DNA from: Candidatus Nealsonbacteria bacterium | Lineage (GTDB): Bacteria; Patescibacteriota; Minisyncoccia; Minisyncoccales; UBA6532 | Assembly: GCA_016186485.1 (NCBI GenBank) | Contig: JACPLN010000007.1 | Location: 33,603-97,602, forward strand | Length of the DNA stretch: 64,000 nt | Direction of reading: 5' to 3' | In this document: positions 52,073-61,590 of the stretch, in pieces | Position numbering within the stretch: the first letter of the stretch is position 1 | How the letters are laid out: each line of letters opens with the position of its first letter | Notes under the pieces: generated by a model | Told to the model about the DNA's origin: nothing | The model's input: only the letters and a program-made list of their open reading frames with translations | Database searches by the model: none | Position numbers and translations under genes: made by a program

Positions 52073-53788
52073 ATGTCTTACGTTTTGGGTATTTCATGCT
52101 TTTACCACGATGCTGCAGTTTGTCTTTTGAAAGATGGCAAGATTTTGGCCTGTGCCCAAGAGGAACGTTTCACCAGAGAGAAGCACGACGATGATTTTCC
52201 CGTTAACGCCGTAAATTACTGTCTTTCGGAAGCCGGGATTGATATTTCTAAGGTGGACCACGTTGGTTTTTACGAAAAGCCCCTTTTAAAGTTTGAAAGG
52301 ATTCTTGAAAGCTATATTGATTATTTTCCAAAGAGCTATAAAGTTTTCGTTTTGGCAATTTCCACCTGGCTTAGAAAAAAGCTTTGGATGAAAGAAGTTA
52401 TAAAAAAGGAGCTTGGCTATAAAAGAGATATCTATTTTATAGAACACCACTTGTCGCATGCCGCCAGCTCTTTTTTGGTTTCTCCTTTTGAAGAATCTGC
52501 CATTTTAACCGTAGACGGAGTTGGGGAGTGGGCAACGGCAACCCTGGGAACGGGCAAGGGAAACGATATTAAAACACTGAAAGAGATTCATTGGCCGCAG
52601 TCTTTAGGCATGTTTTACAGCGCCTTTACTTATTACCTGGGTTTTAAAGTTAACGACGCCGAATACAAAGTAATGGGAGCGGCTCCCTACGGAAGGCCGG
52701 TTTATGCCGATTTGATTAAAAAAGAACTGATAGAAATCAAAGATGACGGCAGTTTTAAGCTAAACCTTGATTATTTTGAATATCACTACGGCTTAAAAAT
52801 GGTTGGCAGAAAGTTTGAGAAATTATTCGGTCATCCCATAAGAGATTCTAAAAACAAGATGGAAGATTTTCACTGGGACGTTGCCGCGTCTCTCCAGGAA
52901 GTTACAAACGAGGTTATGGTAAAGATGGCAAATAATTTATATAAGGAAACCGGTTTGAAAAATATTTGTTTGGCGGGAGGGGTGGCTTTAAACTGCGTAG
53001 CAAATTCCAAGATTTTGGAGCAGACTCCTTTTGAGAACATGTTTATACAGCCTGCTGCCGGAGACGCGGGAGGAGCCCTCGGAGTAGCCCTTTATATTGA
53101 CAACGTAATTTTGAAAAACGGCAGGAGAACCCAATTCGCCAATTCATTTTTGGGTCCGGAGTTTTCAAACGAAGAAATAAGGAGGTTTCTTAAAGAGAAA
53201 AACATAGCTTTTGAAGAATTATCTAATGATGAATTGATAAAGAAAACGGCAGAGCTGATTTTCCAGCAGAAAGTCGTTGGCTGGTTCCAGGGGAGAATGG
53301 AATGGGGTCCTAGGGCCCTGGGCAACCGCAGCATATTGGCAGACGCCAGAAATAAAGAGAATTGGCAAAGGGTCAATTTAAAGATAAAGTTTAGGGAAAG
53401 CTTCCGCCCCTTCGCCCCCGTAGTTTTAGAGGAAGATGCCCAAGATTATTTTAATGTTCCCAAAAATGTTTATGGAGGCATAACTCCGGCGGCTTTTATG
53501 CTTTTAATCGCTAATGTTAAAAAGGAAAAACAGCAGGAAATTCCTGCCGTCACTCATGTTGATGGAAGCGCCAGATTGCAAACAATTTCAAGAAAGCAGA
53601 ATCCTCTTTATTACGACCTAATCAAAGAATTCAAAAATATGACCGGTTGCCCAATCTTAATTAATACTTCTTTTAACATGGCTGGGGAACCTATCGTCTG
53701 TTCTCCGGAAGACGCCTTTAACTGCTTTACAAAAACCCAGATAGACGTTTTGATAATGAATAATTTCTTAATAGACAAAAATGCATGA
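52073..53788 (+). CDS. NodU/CmcH-family O-carbamoyltransferase
   Basis: MSYVLGISCFYHDAAVCLLKDGKILACAQEERFTREKHD, IEHHLSHAASSF, LAGGVALNC, GPRALGNRSILADAR, INTSFN. Confidence 0.95.
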   Translation: MSYVLGISCFYHDAAVCLLKDGKILACAQEERFTREKHDDDFPVNAVNYCLSEAGIDISKVDHVGFYEKPLLKFERILESYIDYFPKSYKVFVLAISTWLRKKLWMKEVIKKELGYKRDIYFIEHHLSHAASSFLVSPFEESAILTVDGVGEWATATLGTGKGNDIKTLKEIHWPQSLGMFYSAFTYYLGFKVNDAEYKVMGAAPYGRPVYADLIKKELIEIKDDGSFKLNLDYFEYHYGLKMVGRKFEKLFGHPIRDSKNKMEDFHWDVAASLQEVTNEVMVKMANNLYKETGLKNICLAGGVALNCVANSKILEQTPFENMFIQPAAGDAGGALGVALYIDNVILKNGRRTQFANSFLGPEFSNEEIRRFLKEKNIAFEELSNDELIKKTAELIFQQKVVGWFQGRMEWGPRALGNRSILADARNKENWQRVNLKIKFRESFRPFAPVVLEEDAQDYFNVPKNVYGGITPAAFMLLIANVKKEKQQEIPAVTHVDGSARLQTISRKQNPLYYDLIKEFKNMTGCPILINTSFNMAGEPIVCSPEDAFNCFTKTQIDVLIMNNFLIDKNA

Positions 53789-54771
53789 ATCTAATGATTA
53801 AACACGGCGGTATTTTTATTTGCCCCTTATGCGAGGGCCCTTTAAGTGTTTATGGAGACCGTTGCCAAACACGGTGCTCTAAGTGCAATCAGGTTTTCGC
53901 GTCTGAAAACAGCATTCCTCTTTTGTTCTGGCCCCAAAAATGGGAAGGTTCCGGGGCAGACGTTACGGATGCCATAAAATCGTTCTATGAGAAAACCCCT
54001 TTTCCCAATTACGAAGACTTGGATTCTAGCTACAGCTTGAGAGAAAAAGCCAAGAAAGGGATTTTCGCACGTTTGCTTGACGAACAAATTCCTTACGGGT
54101 CCATGGTCTTGGAGGCTGGCTGCGGAACTGGGCAGTTGAGCAACTTTTTGGGCATGACATACGGAAGATCTGTTTTTGCCACCGACATTTGCCTTAATTC
54201 TTTAAAGCTGGGTCAGGAGTTCAAAGAGAAGAATAAAATTGAAAACGTTGCTTTTCTCCAAATGAATCTATTTAAACCTGTATTCAAACAAGGCATTTTT
54301 GACTTGGTAATATGCAACGGCGTGCTGCACCATACGGCAAATCCATTTTTGGGCTTCCAATCAATATCAAGGCTTGTTAAAAAAGGAGGATACATTATAG
54401 TGGGCCTTTACAATGCTTGGGGCAGAATCCCCACAGACATCAGGCGTTTTATCTTTTCGTTTTCCGGAAACAATTTCAAATTCCTTGACCCCCGCCTTAG
54501 AACCAAAGATGTAAGCGAGACAAGAAAGAATACTTGGTTCCAGGACCAGTATAAGAATCCCCATGAGTCTAAACATACGATTGGAGAGGTGTTGAATTGG
54601 TTTGATAAATCAGGATTTGAATTTGTTAATTCCATACCCAAACTTACATCAAGGTTATTTGAGCCAACCGCGAGAGGGAATTGGCTTGACCATTTATTTT
54701 TGCAGTTTGAAATACTTGTAAGCTTCGGCAAAGAAGGAGGGTTTTTTATTATGATTGGCAAGAAGAAATAA
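53785..54771 (+). CDS. Class I SAM-dependent methyltransferase with N-terminal Zn-ribbon
   Basis: CPLCEGPL...CSKCNQVF ribbon. VLEAGCGTGQLSNFL, FDLVICNGVLHH. Confidence 0.85.
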   Translation: MNLMIKHGGIFICPLCEGPLSVYGDRCQTRCSKCNQVFASENSIPLLFWPQKWEGSGADVTDAIKSFYEKTPFPNYEDLDSSYSLREKAKKGIFARLLDEQIPYGSMVLEAGCGTGQLSNFLGMTYGRSVFATDICLNSLKLGQEFKEKNKIENVAFLQMNLFKPVFKQGIFDLVICNGVLHHTANPFLGFQSISRLVKKGGYIIVGLYNAWGRIPTDIRRFIFSFSGNNFKFLDPRLRTKDVSETRKNTWFQDQYKNPHESKHTIGEVLNWFDKSGFEFVNSIPKLTSRLFEPTARGNWLDHLFLQFEILVSFGKEGGFFIMIGKKK

Positions 54772-54783
54772 TAATTTAATATT

Positions 54784-55941
54784 ATGAAAATAAATAATGC
54801 ATTAGCAAACCTTGGTCTTCTTTTCGCTTCCCTAATTTTTACCTTTATAATCCTTGAGGTTCTCGTTAGGATTTTTTTCCCCGCGCCCCGCTCCCCCAAT
54901 GTTTTTGACCCCGTTATCGGCTACAAATACCGGCCTAACTCCGAAGTGAGTTTTTTTGTTCAGGGTAAAGAGGTAAAAAACAAGGTTAATTCTATCGGCT
55001 TTTTGGATGAAAACCATTCTTTTGAAAAGCCAGGGGAAACATATAGAGTTGTTTTTATTGGAGATTCTTATGTGGAGTCAACCAACGTGCTTCGCGAGAA
55101 CACTTTCCCGAAGATTTTTGAAAGAGAGATGAATGAGGTTTTTAGCAGTAGAGTTAAGTCTATTAGAGTTAATTTTGAGGCAATAAATCTGGGAATGAAT
55201 GGGTTCGGGACAGCGCACGAATATCTGACCCTAAAAGAATATGGTTTGAAATTTTCTCCGGATTTGGTCATTCTGGTCTTTTCCGATAACGACTTGATGA
55301 ATAATTTCGCAGGGTTTACCACAAATATAGATCCGGCTTTTGATATAATTGAGGGCCGACTGCAGCAGGTAAGATTCCCCACCCCTTTAAAGGGAGGAGG
55401 TTTTAGGGAATTTGTCTCTTCCAATTTTCAGCTGCCTCGGTTTTTGGTTCAGAAATTAAGCAAAATCTCCTTTTTCAGGAATTTCTTTACCGACTTGAAC
55501 CTCATAAGCGCCGTTAAAGAAAGAGAAGGAGAGGCAATACCCTTCAGTTATAAAATGTACAGCCCGGAATTCCAAAAAGACACCGAAAGGCAGTGGGAAA
55601 TAACAAAAGCCCTTATTTCTCAAACTAAATCCGTTGCAGAAGAGAGCGGTGCTTTATTTAAGGTAGTGCTTTTGGCAAGCAAAGAAAACAAGAAAGAGAA
55701 AGAAGATTTGCTCAAGACTTACCCGGGGCTAAAAAGCGTAGATTTTTATATACCCCAAAAAATACTAAGCAGATATTTTGAAGAGCAAGGGATAAATTAT
55801 GTTGATATGCGTCCTTATGTTTCAGAAACAGAGGAACCCTTGAATTATCCAGTTGAGGACGGCGGGCACTATAATTTAGCGGGCCATCGGCTGGTCGCCA
55901 AAGCAATTTTGGATTATATTGAATGGAAGAGCGGACACTAA
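54784..55941 (+). CDS. Membrane-anchored SGNH/GDSL-type hydrolase or acyl-esterase
   Basis: N-terminal TM (LGLLFASLIFTFIILEVLV). Block I VVFIGDSYVES (GDS). C-terminal GGHYNLAGH. Confidence 0.6.
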   Translation: MKINNALANLGLLFASLIFTFIILEVLVRIFFPAPRSPNVFDPVIGYKYRPNSEVSFFVQGKEVKNKVNSIGFLDENHSFEKPGETYRVVFIGDSYVESTNVLRENTFPKIFEREMNEVFSSRVKSIRVNFEAINLGMNGFGTAHEYLTLKEYGLKFSPDLVILVFSDNDLMNNFAGFTTNIDPAFDIIEGRLQQVRFPTPLKGGGFREFVSSNFQLPRFLVQKLSKISFFRNFFTDLNLISAVKEREGEAIPFSYKMYSPEFQKDTERQWEITKALISQTKSVAEESGALFKVVLLASKENKKEKEDLLKTYPGLKSVDFYIPQKILSRYFEEQGINYVDMRPYVSETEEPLNYPVEDGGHYNLAGHRLVAKAILDYIEWKSGH

Positions 55942-55947
55942 AATAAT

Positions 55948-56121
55948 ATGCTTAAAGGTTTTTTAGAAAAATTGGCGATATTCGGAGAGTTGTGGAGTTT
56001 CTTTAAGGTTAGGAAGAAATGGTGGCTTTTCCCCGTGGTTTTGCTTCTTGTGCTATTTGGCATGCTGATAGTCTTTGCCGAATGGTCGGCTCTCGGTCCC
56101 TTCATCTACACCATCTTTTAA
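55948..56121 (+). CDS. 57-aa membrane mini-protein, DUF5989 / SxtK-like (not in supplied ORF track)
   Basis: ATG 55948 to TAA 56119-56121, hand-translated: MLKGFLEKLAIFGELWSFFKVRKKWWLFPVVLLLVLFGMLIVFAEWSALGPFIYTIF. The pattern (ELW.F.K.RKKWWL.P, TM, APFIYT.F end) matches my memory of the DUF5989 family that accompanies carbamoyltransferases. Confidence 0.65.
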   Translation: MLKGFLEKLAIFGELWSFFKVRKKWWLFPVVLLLVLFGMLIVFAEWSALGPFIYTIF

Positions 56122-56131
56122 GTAAGAGGTA

Positions 56132-56159
56132 TGGACAAAAAGTTTTGGTTTACTATAAT
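56132..56159 (+). promoter_or_regulatory. Putative promoter of the pse operon
   Basis: TGGACA, 16-nt spacer, TATAAT (56154-56159). Confidence 0.45.
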
Positions 56160-56176
56160 AGATTCAGTTAAAATAA

Positions 56177-57151
56177 ATGTCCATTTTAACCGGCAAGACA
56201 ATTTTGGTGACCGGGGGAACAGGGTCTTTTGGAAGAAAGTTTGTTGAGCTGGCCTTGAAAAATGACAACCCTAAAGTAATAAGGGTGTTTTCCCGGGACG
56301 AACTTAAGCAGTTTGAAATGAATCAGGAGTTTCAAGACGACAGGCTCCGTTTTTTTGTTGGCGACGTCAGGGATAAAGAAAGGCTGTTTCGGGCAATGAA
56401 TGATGTTGATATCGTCATTCACGCCGCTGCCCTGAAACAGGTTCCTTCCTGCGAATATAACCCGCTGGAGGCGGTGAAAACTAATATTTTCGGCGCTCAG
56501 AATGCGGTTGATGCGGCCATAGATAACAAGGTGGAGAGATTAATGTTTTTGAGCTCGGATAAAGCCGTTAACCCGGTTAACCTCTACGGGGCCACAAAGT
56601 TATGCGCCGAGAAAATTTTTATCCAAGGTAACGTTTACGTTGGAAATCGGCCTACAAAGATAAGCGTTGTTAGGTATGGAAACGTGGTAGGCAGCCGGGG
56701 GAGCGTCATTCCTCTGTTTGTTTCCCAAAAAAGCAAAGGGGTTATTACCCTGACCGATGAAAGGATGACTAGGTTTTGGATTACCCAAGGCCAGGCGGTG
56801 AATTTCATTATCGGCTGCATTGAGAAAATGAAAGGAGGAGAAATTTTTGTGCCCAAAATTCCCAGCATGAAAATTGTGGATTTGGCTAAAGTCATTGCCC
56901 CGGAGGCCCGCTTCCAAACAATCGGCATTAGGCCCGGAGAAAAAATAAGCGAAGTTCTTTTAACTTCGGAGGAAGCGAGAAGAACCAAAGAGTTTGAAAC
57001 ATATTTTATCGTCCAGCCGGAGTTTGCTTTTTGGGAGGAGTACAAGCTAAATGAGGGGAAGAATTTACCGGATGATTTTAAGTACGCTTCAGACACAAAT
57101 GACCAATGGCTTGGCCAAGAGGACCTCAGAAAGATAATTCGCGAGATATGA
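56177..57151 (+). CDS. pseB: UDP-N-acetylglucosamine 4,6-dehydratase (inverting), PseB/FlaA1
   Basis: [79 protein letters not shown]. Confidence 0.95.
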   Translation: MSILTGKTILVTGGTGSFGRKFVELALKNDNPKVIRVFSRDELKQFEMNQEFQDDRLRFFVGDVRDKERLFRAMNDVDIVIHAAALKQVPSCEYNPLEAVKTNIFGAQNAVDAAIDNKVERLMFLSSDKAVNPVNLYGATKLCAEKIFIQGNVYVGNRPTKISVVRYGNVVGSRGSVIPLFVSQKSKGVITLTDERMTRFWITQGQAVNFIIGCIEKMKGGEIFVPKIPSMKIVDLAKVIAPEARFQTIGIRPGEKISEVLLTSEEARRTKEFETYFIVQPEFAFWEEYKLNEGKNLPDDFKYASDTNDQWLGQEDLRKIIREI

Positions 57152-58287
57152 AGAAATTTATTCCCTACAGCCATCAGTGGATTAATGAAGAAGATATCAA
57201 AGAGGTGGTCGGAGTTTTAAGGTCAGATTGGATAACCCAAGGGTCAAAAGTGGAGGAGTTTGAAAAACTGCTGGCTAAATACTGCAAAGCAAAGTACGCG
57301 CTAGCTGTTTCTTCCGGAACCGCCGCTTTGCATTTGGCATATCTGGCGGCAGGAATAAAACCGGGAGATGAAGTAGTTACCACTCCTTTAACGTTCGCAG
57401 CCACCTCAAACTGCCTTGTGCACTGCGGAGGAAAACCGGTATTTTCCGATGTTGAAGAAGACACTTTGAATATTAACCCTGAGCTAGTTGAGGGGTTGAT
57501 CTCCCATAAAACAAGGGCCATATCTGTCGTTGATTTTGCCGGGCACCCCTGCAACTTGGACGAAATTAAAAAAACAGCAAGAAAACACAGCCTTTTAGTG
57601 ATTGAAGACGCATCCCACGCTTTGGGGGCAGAGTACAAAAGAAGGAGGGTCGGAGCTTTGGCGGATTTGACCGTTTTCAGCTTTCATCCGGTGAAATTAA
57701 TAACTTCCGGAGAGGGAGGGGCCGTATTGACCGACAGGAAGGATTTTTACGAAAAGATGAAAACCTTGCGGAACCACGGAATAGTTAAGAGACCGGAGAA
57801 AGGCGGCTGGTATTACGAAATAGAAAGTCCGGGATTCAACTACAGGATTACCGATATTCAGTCCGCTTTGGCTGTTTCCCAGATGAAGAATCTGGAAAAG
57901 TTTTTAAGAAGAAGGAGAGAAATAGCGAATTTTTACAATAAAGCTTTTGGCTCTGTTAAAGAGTTGACCTTGCCTGTCCAGAAATCTTACGCAAAATCGG
58001 CTTGGCACATTTATCCCGTCAGATTGAATTTAGAGAAGCTTAGGGCCGGCCGAAGAAAGATTTTTGAAGCCTTTCAAAAAGAAGGCCTGGGCGTACAGGT
58101 CCACTATATGCCCCTTCACCTCCACCCTTATTATAAAAAGAGGTTTGGCTATAAACTTGGGGATTTTCCTGTCGCTGAAAAGTATTACCAAAGGGCGATT
58201 ACCCTGCCTTTGTTTCCCAGGATGACAAGAGAAGAGGCGCAACAAGTGGTAAAAACAGTAAAAAAGGCAATAATTTTTTATAAATAA
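57148..58287 (+). CDS. pseC: UDP-4-amino-4,6-dideoxy-N-acetyl-beta-L-altrosamine transaminase, PseC (DegT family)
   Basis: ATGA overlap with pseB. IPYSHQWINEEDIKEV..VLRSDWITQG, SSGTAALHLA, FSFHPVKLITSGEGG. Confidence 0.9.
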   Translation: MKKFIPYSHQWINEEDIKEVVGVLRSDWITQGSKVEEFEKLLAKYCKAKYALAVSSGTAALHLAYLAAGIKPGDEVVTTPLTFAATSNCLVHCGGKPVFSDVEEDTLNINPELVEGLISHKTRAISVVDFAGHPCNLDEIKKTARKHSLLVIEDASHALGAEYKRRRVGALADLTVFSFHPVKLITSGEGGAVLTDRKDFYEKMKTLRNHGIVKRPEKGGWYYEIESPGFNYRITDIQSALAVSQMKNLEKFLRRRREIANFYNKAFGSVKELTLPVQKSYAKSAWHIYPVRLNLEKLRAGRRKIFEAFQKEGLGVQVHYMPLHLHPYYKKRFGYKLGDFPVAEKYYQRAITLPLFPRMTREEAQQVVKTVKKAIIFYK

Positions 58288-58288
58288 A

Positions 58289-59446
58289 ATGGAAAAACCC
58301 TCTCCGGAAGAACAATTAAAAAGATGCAGAAAATGCGTGATGCCGGAGACCTGGGAGTCAATCAATTTTGACAATCAGGGAGTTTGCAATGTCTGCCATA
58401 ATATTGAAATTAAAAGAGAAAAAATTGATTGGGCAAAGAAGAGAGAAGAATTCGTTGAGCTGTTAAAAGAATACAGAGGCAAGGGGCAGTATGACTGTAT
58501 GGTGCCGTTCTCTGGCGGAAAAGATTCAACTTACACCGTCTATACGCTCGTCAGGGATTTTCACTTAAAACCATTGGTGGTCAGTTTTGACCACGGATTT
58601 TACCGTCCAAAAACCCAGGACAACAGGGTGAAAACCCTGAAGCAATTGGGGGTTGATTTTCTTTCTTTCAGGCCGAACTGGCAAGTGGTAAAAAAGGTGA
58701 TGATGGAGTCTTTGAAAAGAAAAGGGGATTTTTGCTGGCATTGCCATACCGGCGTCTATGCTTATCCAATGCAAATTGCCGTGAAGTTTAACATCCCTTT
58801 GATTATCTGGGGCCAGGCAAAGGGGGAGTACGAAGGCTATTTCAAGTACAATGAAGATGCTAATATTGACGAAGAACTTTTTAACAGATACACCAATTTG
58901 GGAATAAATGCCGAGGATATGGTTGGAATGATTGACGGAGTCACAATGAGGGATTTGGAGCCTTTCAAATATCCCAGCAAGGAAGAATTGAGCAGAATTA
59001 AATGCTGTTCTGTCGGCTTAGGAGCTTTTATTCCCTGGGATGTTAAAAAACAGGCTGAAATCATAGAGAAAGAGCTTGGGTGGCAGGAAGACGAAGTAGA
59101 AGGCATTCCGCCGGGCTACGGCTATGAAAAAGTTGAGTGCATGATGCAGGGCGTCAGGGATTATTTGAAATATATCAAAAGGGGTTTGGGAAGAACCGCC
59201 CATCTCGCCAGCATTGATATAAGGGACGGCAGAATGACCAGAGAGGAAGGAATGAAGTTGATTAAAAAATATGACGGTTTGAGACCGGCCAGCCTGGATG
59301 TTTTTCTCAAGTTTTTAGACATTACGGAAGAAGAATTTATGGAAATTGCCCTTTCCCACCAGGTAGCTCCCCATAAGCACGATCCCTCAAAAGTAAAAAG
59401 AGGCAAGAAATTATGGGACCAAGATTTATGGGAGCAAACGCCATAA
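58289..59446 (+). CDS. wbuX: N-acetyl-sugar amidotransferase (WbuX/WbpG/PseA-type PP-loop enzyme)
   Basis: CRKCVMPETW..INFDNQGVCNVC, PP-loop VPFSGGKDSTY, CWHCHTG. Confidence 0.8.
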   Translation: MEKPSPEEQLKRCRKCVMPETWESINFDNQGVCNVCHNIEIKREKIDWAKKREEFVELLKEYRGKGQYDCMVPFSGGKDSTYTVYTLVRDFHLKPLVVSFDHGFYRPKTQDNRVKTLKQLGVDFLSFRPNWQVVKKVMMESLKRKGDFCWHCHTGVYAYPMQIAVKFNIPLIIWGQAKGEYEGYFKYNEDANIDEELFNRYTNLGINAEDMVGMIDGVTMRDLEPFKYPSKEELSRIKCCSVGLGAFIPWDVKKQAEIIEKELGWQEDEVEGIPPGYGYEKVECMMQGVRDYLKYIKRGLGRTAHLASIDIRDGRMTREEGMKLIKKYDGLRPASLDVFLKFLDITEEEFMEIALSHQVAPHKHDPSKVKRGKKLWDQDLWEQTP

Positions 59447-60210
59447 TGCTTAAAAAGCGGATAATTCCTTTATTGCTGTTAAAGGGCGGCAGATGCGTAA
59501 AAGGAGTGAATTTTTCCAACCATAGGGATGTTGGGCACCCGGTTACGAACGCCAGAATATATCAGCATCAGGGAGCAGACGAGCTGATATTTTTAGATAT
59601 TGAAGCTGAAAACGAGAAAAGGCGCATTGACGATGGTCTTGTTGAAAAAGTGAGCCAAGAATGCTTTATGCCATTTTGCGCCGGAGGAGGAATAAAGACC
59701 GTTGAAGATATCAGAAATCTTTTACGGGCCGGCGCGGACAAGGTTGCCATTAACACCCAAGCACTCAAAAACCCAGGATTTATTGCTAAGGCCGCAGAAA
59801 GTTTTGGCAGCCAATGCATTGTCGTTTCAATCGATTATAAACTGAATAAAATAGGCAGAAATGAGGTTTTTGTTTCCAGCGGCAAAGAGCCTACGGGTAA
59901 AGACCCAATTTTATGGGCAAAAGAAGCAAGGGGTCTTGGGGCCGGCGAAATCCTTTTAACCAATATTGACAGGGAAGGCACGAGAAAAGGTTATGACCTT
60001 GAAATTCTCCAAAAGGTTTCCGACTCTTTAAATATTCCGGTGATAGCTTCCGGAGGAGCGGGAACCCTGGAAGACCTGATGAAAGCGATAACAAACGGTC
60101 ATGCTTCAGCAGTTTCCCTTGGGACTATTTTGCACTTTACCGACCAGAACGTTATAAAAGCGAGAAATTATTTGTACACCCATAGCGTTAACGTTAGAAT
60201 TTATGAGTGA
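59446..60210 (+). CDS. wbuZ: HisF-like glycosyl-amidation-associated cyclase subunit (WbuZ type)
   Basis: RIIPLLLLKGGRCVKGVNF, GADELIFLDI, AGGGIKTVEDI..LL.AGADKVAINT, ASGGAG. TAATG overlap with the upstream gene. Confidence 0.8.
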   Translation: MLKKRIIPLLLLKGGRCVKGVNFSNHRDVGHPVTNARIYQHQGADELIFLDIEAENEKRRIDDGLVEKVSQECFMPFCAGGGIKTVEDIRNLLRAGADKVAINTQALKNPGFIAKAAESFGSQCIVVSIDYKLNKIGRNEVFVSSGKEPTGKDPILWAKEARGLGAGEILLTNIDREGTRKGYDLEILQKVSDSLNIPVIASGGAGTLEDLMKAITNGHASAVSLGTILHFTDQNVIKARNYLYTHSVNVRIYE

Positions 60211-60661
60211 GGTTTTAATAAGAAAAACAAATTTTTTTGATATAGAATTCCTTTGGTATTTAAGGAATCGGCCAGATGTCTATAAGTATTCCAGAAATAC
60301 AAGGCCCGTTTCCTGGAAAGAGCACATTGACTTTATTTTGCCAGTCGTTATGGGAATGACAAACAAAGAACTTTTTATTATTGAAAAAGATAAAAAACCC
60401 GCAGGTCAGATCCGTTTTGATTATAAAAAGGGAAAAGAAGCGGAAATCAGCATTTCTTTATTAAGGGAATTTAGGGGGCGGGGAATGGCCCAAATAGCGT
60501 TTAAAAAAGCGATTGCCTTATTGAAAAAGAATAAAAAAGCCAAAACTATTTTAGCCCAGGTTCATGAGAAAAATAAATCTTCTTTAAAGTTTTTTAAGAA
60601 ATTAGGCTTTAAGAAAAAGAAGAAAAACGGTATTTGGTTTGAGTATTTCCTAAGACTTTAG
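60203..60661 (+). CDS. GNAT N-acetyltransferase (PseH candidate)
   Basis: REFRGRGMAQIAF (GNAT motif A), 152 aa, position within the pse cluster. Confidence 0.6.
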   Translation: MSEVLIRKTNFFDIEFLWYLRNRPDVYKYSRNTRPVSWKEHIDFILPVVMGMTNKELFIIEKDKKPAGQIRFDYKKGKEAEISISLLREFRGRGMAQIAFKKAIALLKKNKKAKTILAQVHEKNKSSLKFFKKLGFKKKKKNGIWFEYFLRL

Positions 60662-60697
60662 AAAAAACTGGCGAGATCCGATCTCGTCAGTTTTGAT
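60662..60697. terminator. Bidirectional terminator between the GNAT gene and the antisense membrane gene
   Basis: ACTGGCGAGATC / GATCTCGTCAGT stem flanked by AAAAAA upstream and TTTTGATTT downstream. Confidence 0.75.
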
Positions 60698-61579
60698 TTA
60701 GGGGTTCTGCTTTTTTCGATAGTACTCATAGTTAAAATAGTATAAATAGAAGAGAGCGTTGCCTACCAAAACATTAAAACTCAAGCCGGCGTTCCTAATC
60801 CACCAGTTCGGATCCATAAGCCCTCCTTCAATACGAAGCATAATACTTAACCAGAATAGCAGTACTAGCGTATTAGAGAAAAGTGCCTTTAGAAAGAAGC
60901 TGCGCGGATAGCCAGACCACTTTATTTGGATAGTAGCGATGTCGAGCATAATTGTTCTGGCGACAATGAACATTGCAACAATAGCGGTTGTAAATTCAAG
61001 CCCCCAACCCCAACCTAAAACATTTTGATCAAGAGAACGAATATATCCCGCAATTAAACCTAGTCCGATGGCAGCCATGGCCATCGTTATTCCGGTTATT
61101 TTCTCCTCCAGAGTAATTTTCCAGCGCCGCTTTAATCCAACACCAATCTGCCAACCGATGATTGCCAGCAGCGATAATTGGAGTACAAACCAAAGAATAG
61201 TTACTCCGCCAATCATCCACGCGCCAATGTTAACACCAATAAGCATTACCCAGTGAATAAAGTAGTAAATCCTTGCTTTAATATTAATCTCTCCCCCTTT
61301 TTGTATGGACGAAAGAAGGTCAAACTGACCAGAAATAACAGCTAGTATCCCAATTGCCGGCAGCCAGTAAGCAATCGACAGGAAGAGTTGAATGTTGTTT
61401 TCAAATGAGCCTCTCTGCACGAGGAGTACAACCGGTACTAATATTGCCAGAGTGATCCAATAAACTAATCCTAAACCCCTTTTAATGTGCTCTAACAATT
61501 TACCTAATTCCTCTCCGATGATTTTACTACAGTTTTTCTTTTTTGACAAGGGGAGATATTTTTGATAGTTTAAATTCAT
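60698..61579 (-). CDS. Uncharacterised polytopic membrane protein (about 8 TM), antisense to the pse operon
   Basis: ORF with long hydrophobic segments. Shares a bidirectional terminator with the GNAT gene. No recognisable motif. Confidence 0.5.
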   Translation of the reverse strand: MNLNYQKYLPLSKKKNCSKIIGEELGKLLEHIKRGLGLVYWITLAILVPVVLLVQRGSFENNIQLFLSIAYWLPAIGILAVISGQFDLLSSIQKGGEINIKARIYYFIHWVMLIGVNIGAWMIGGVTILWFVLQLSLLAIIGWQIGVGLKRRWKITLEEKITGITMAMAAIGLGLIAGYIRSLDQNVLGWGWGLEFTTAIVAMFIVARTIMLDIATIQIKWSGYPRSFFLKALFSNTLVLLFWLSIMLRIEGGLMDPNWWIRNAGLSFNVLVGNALFYLYYFNYEYYRKKQNP

Positions 61580-61590
61580 AATATCATAAT

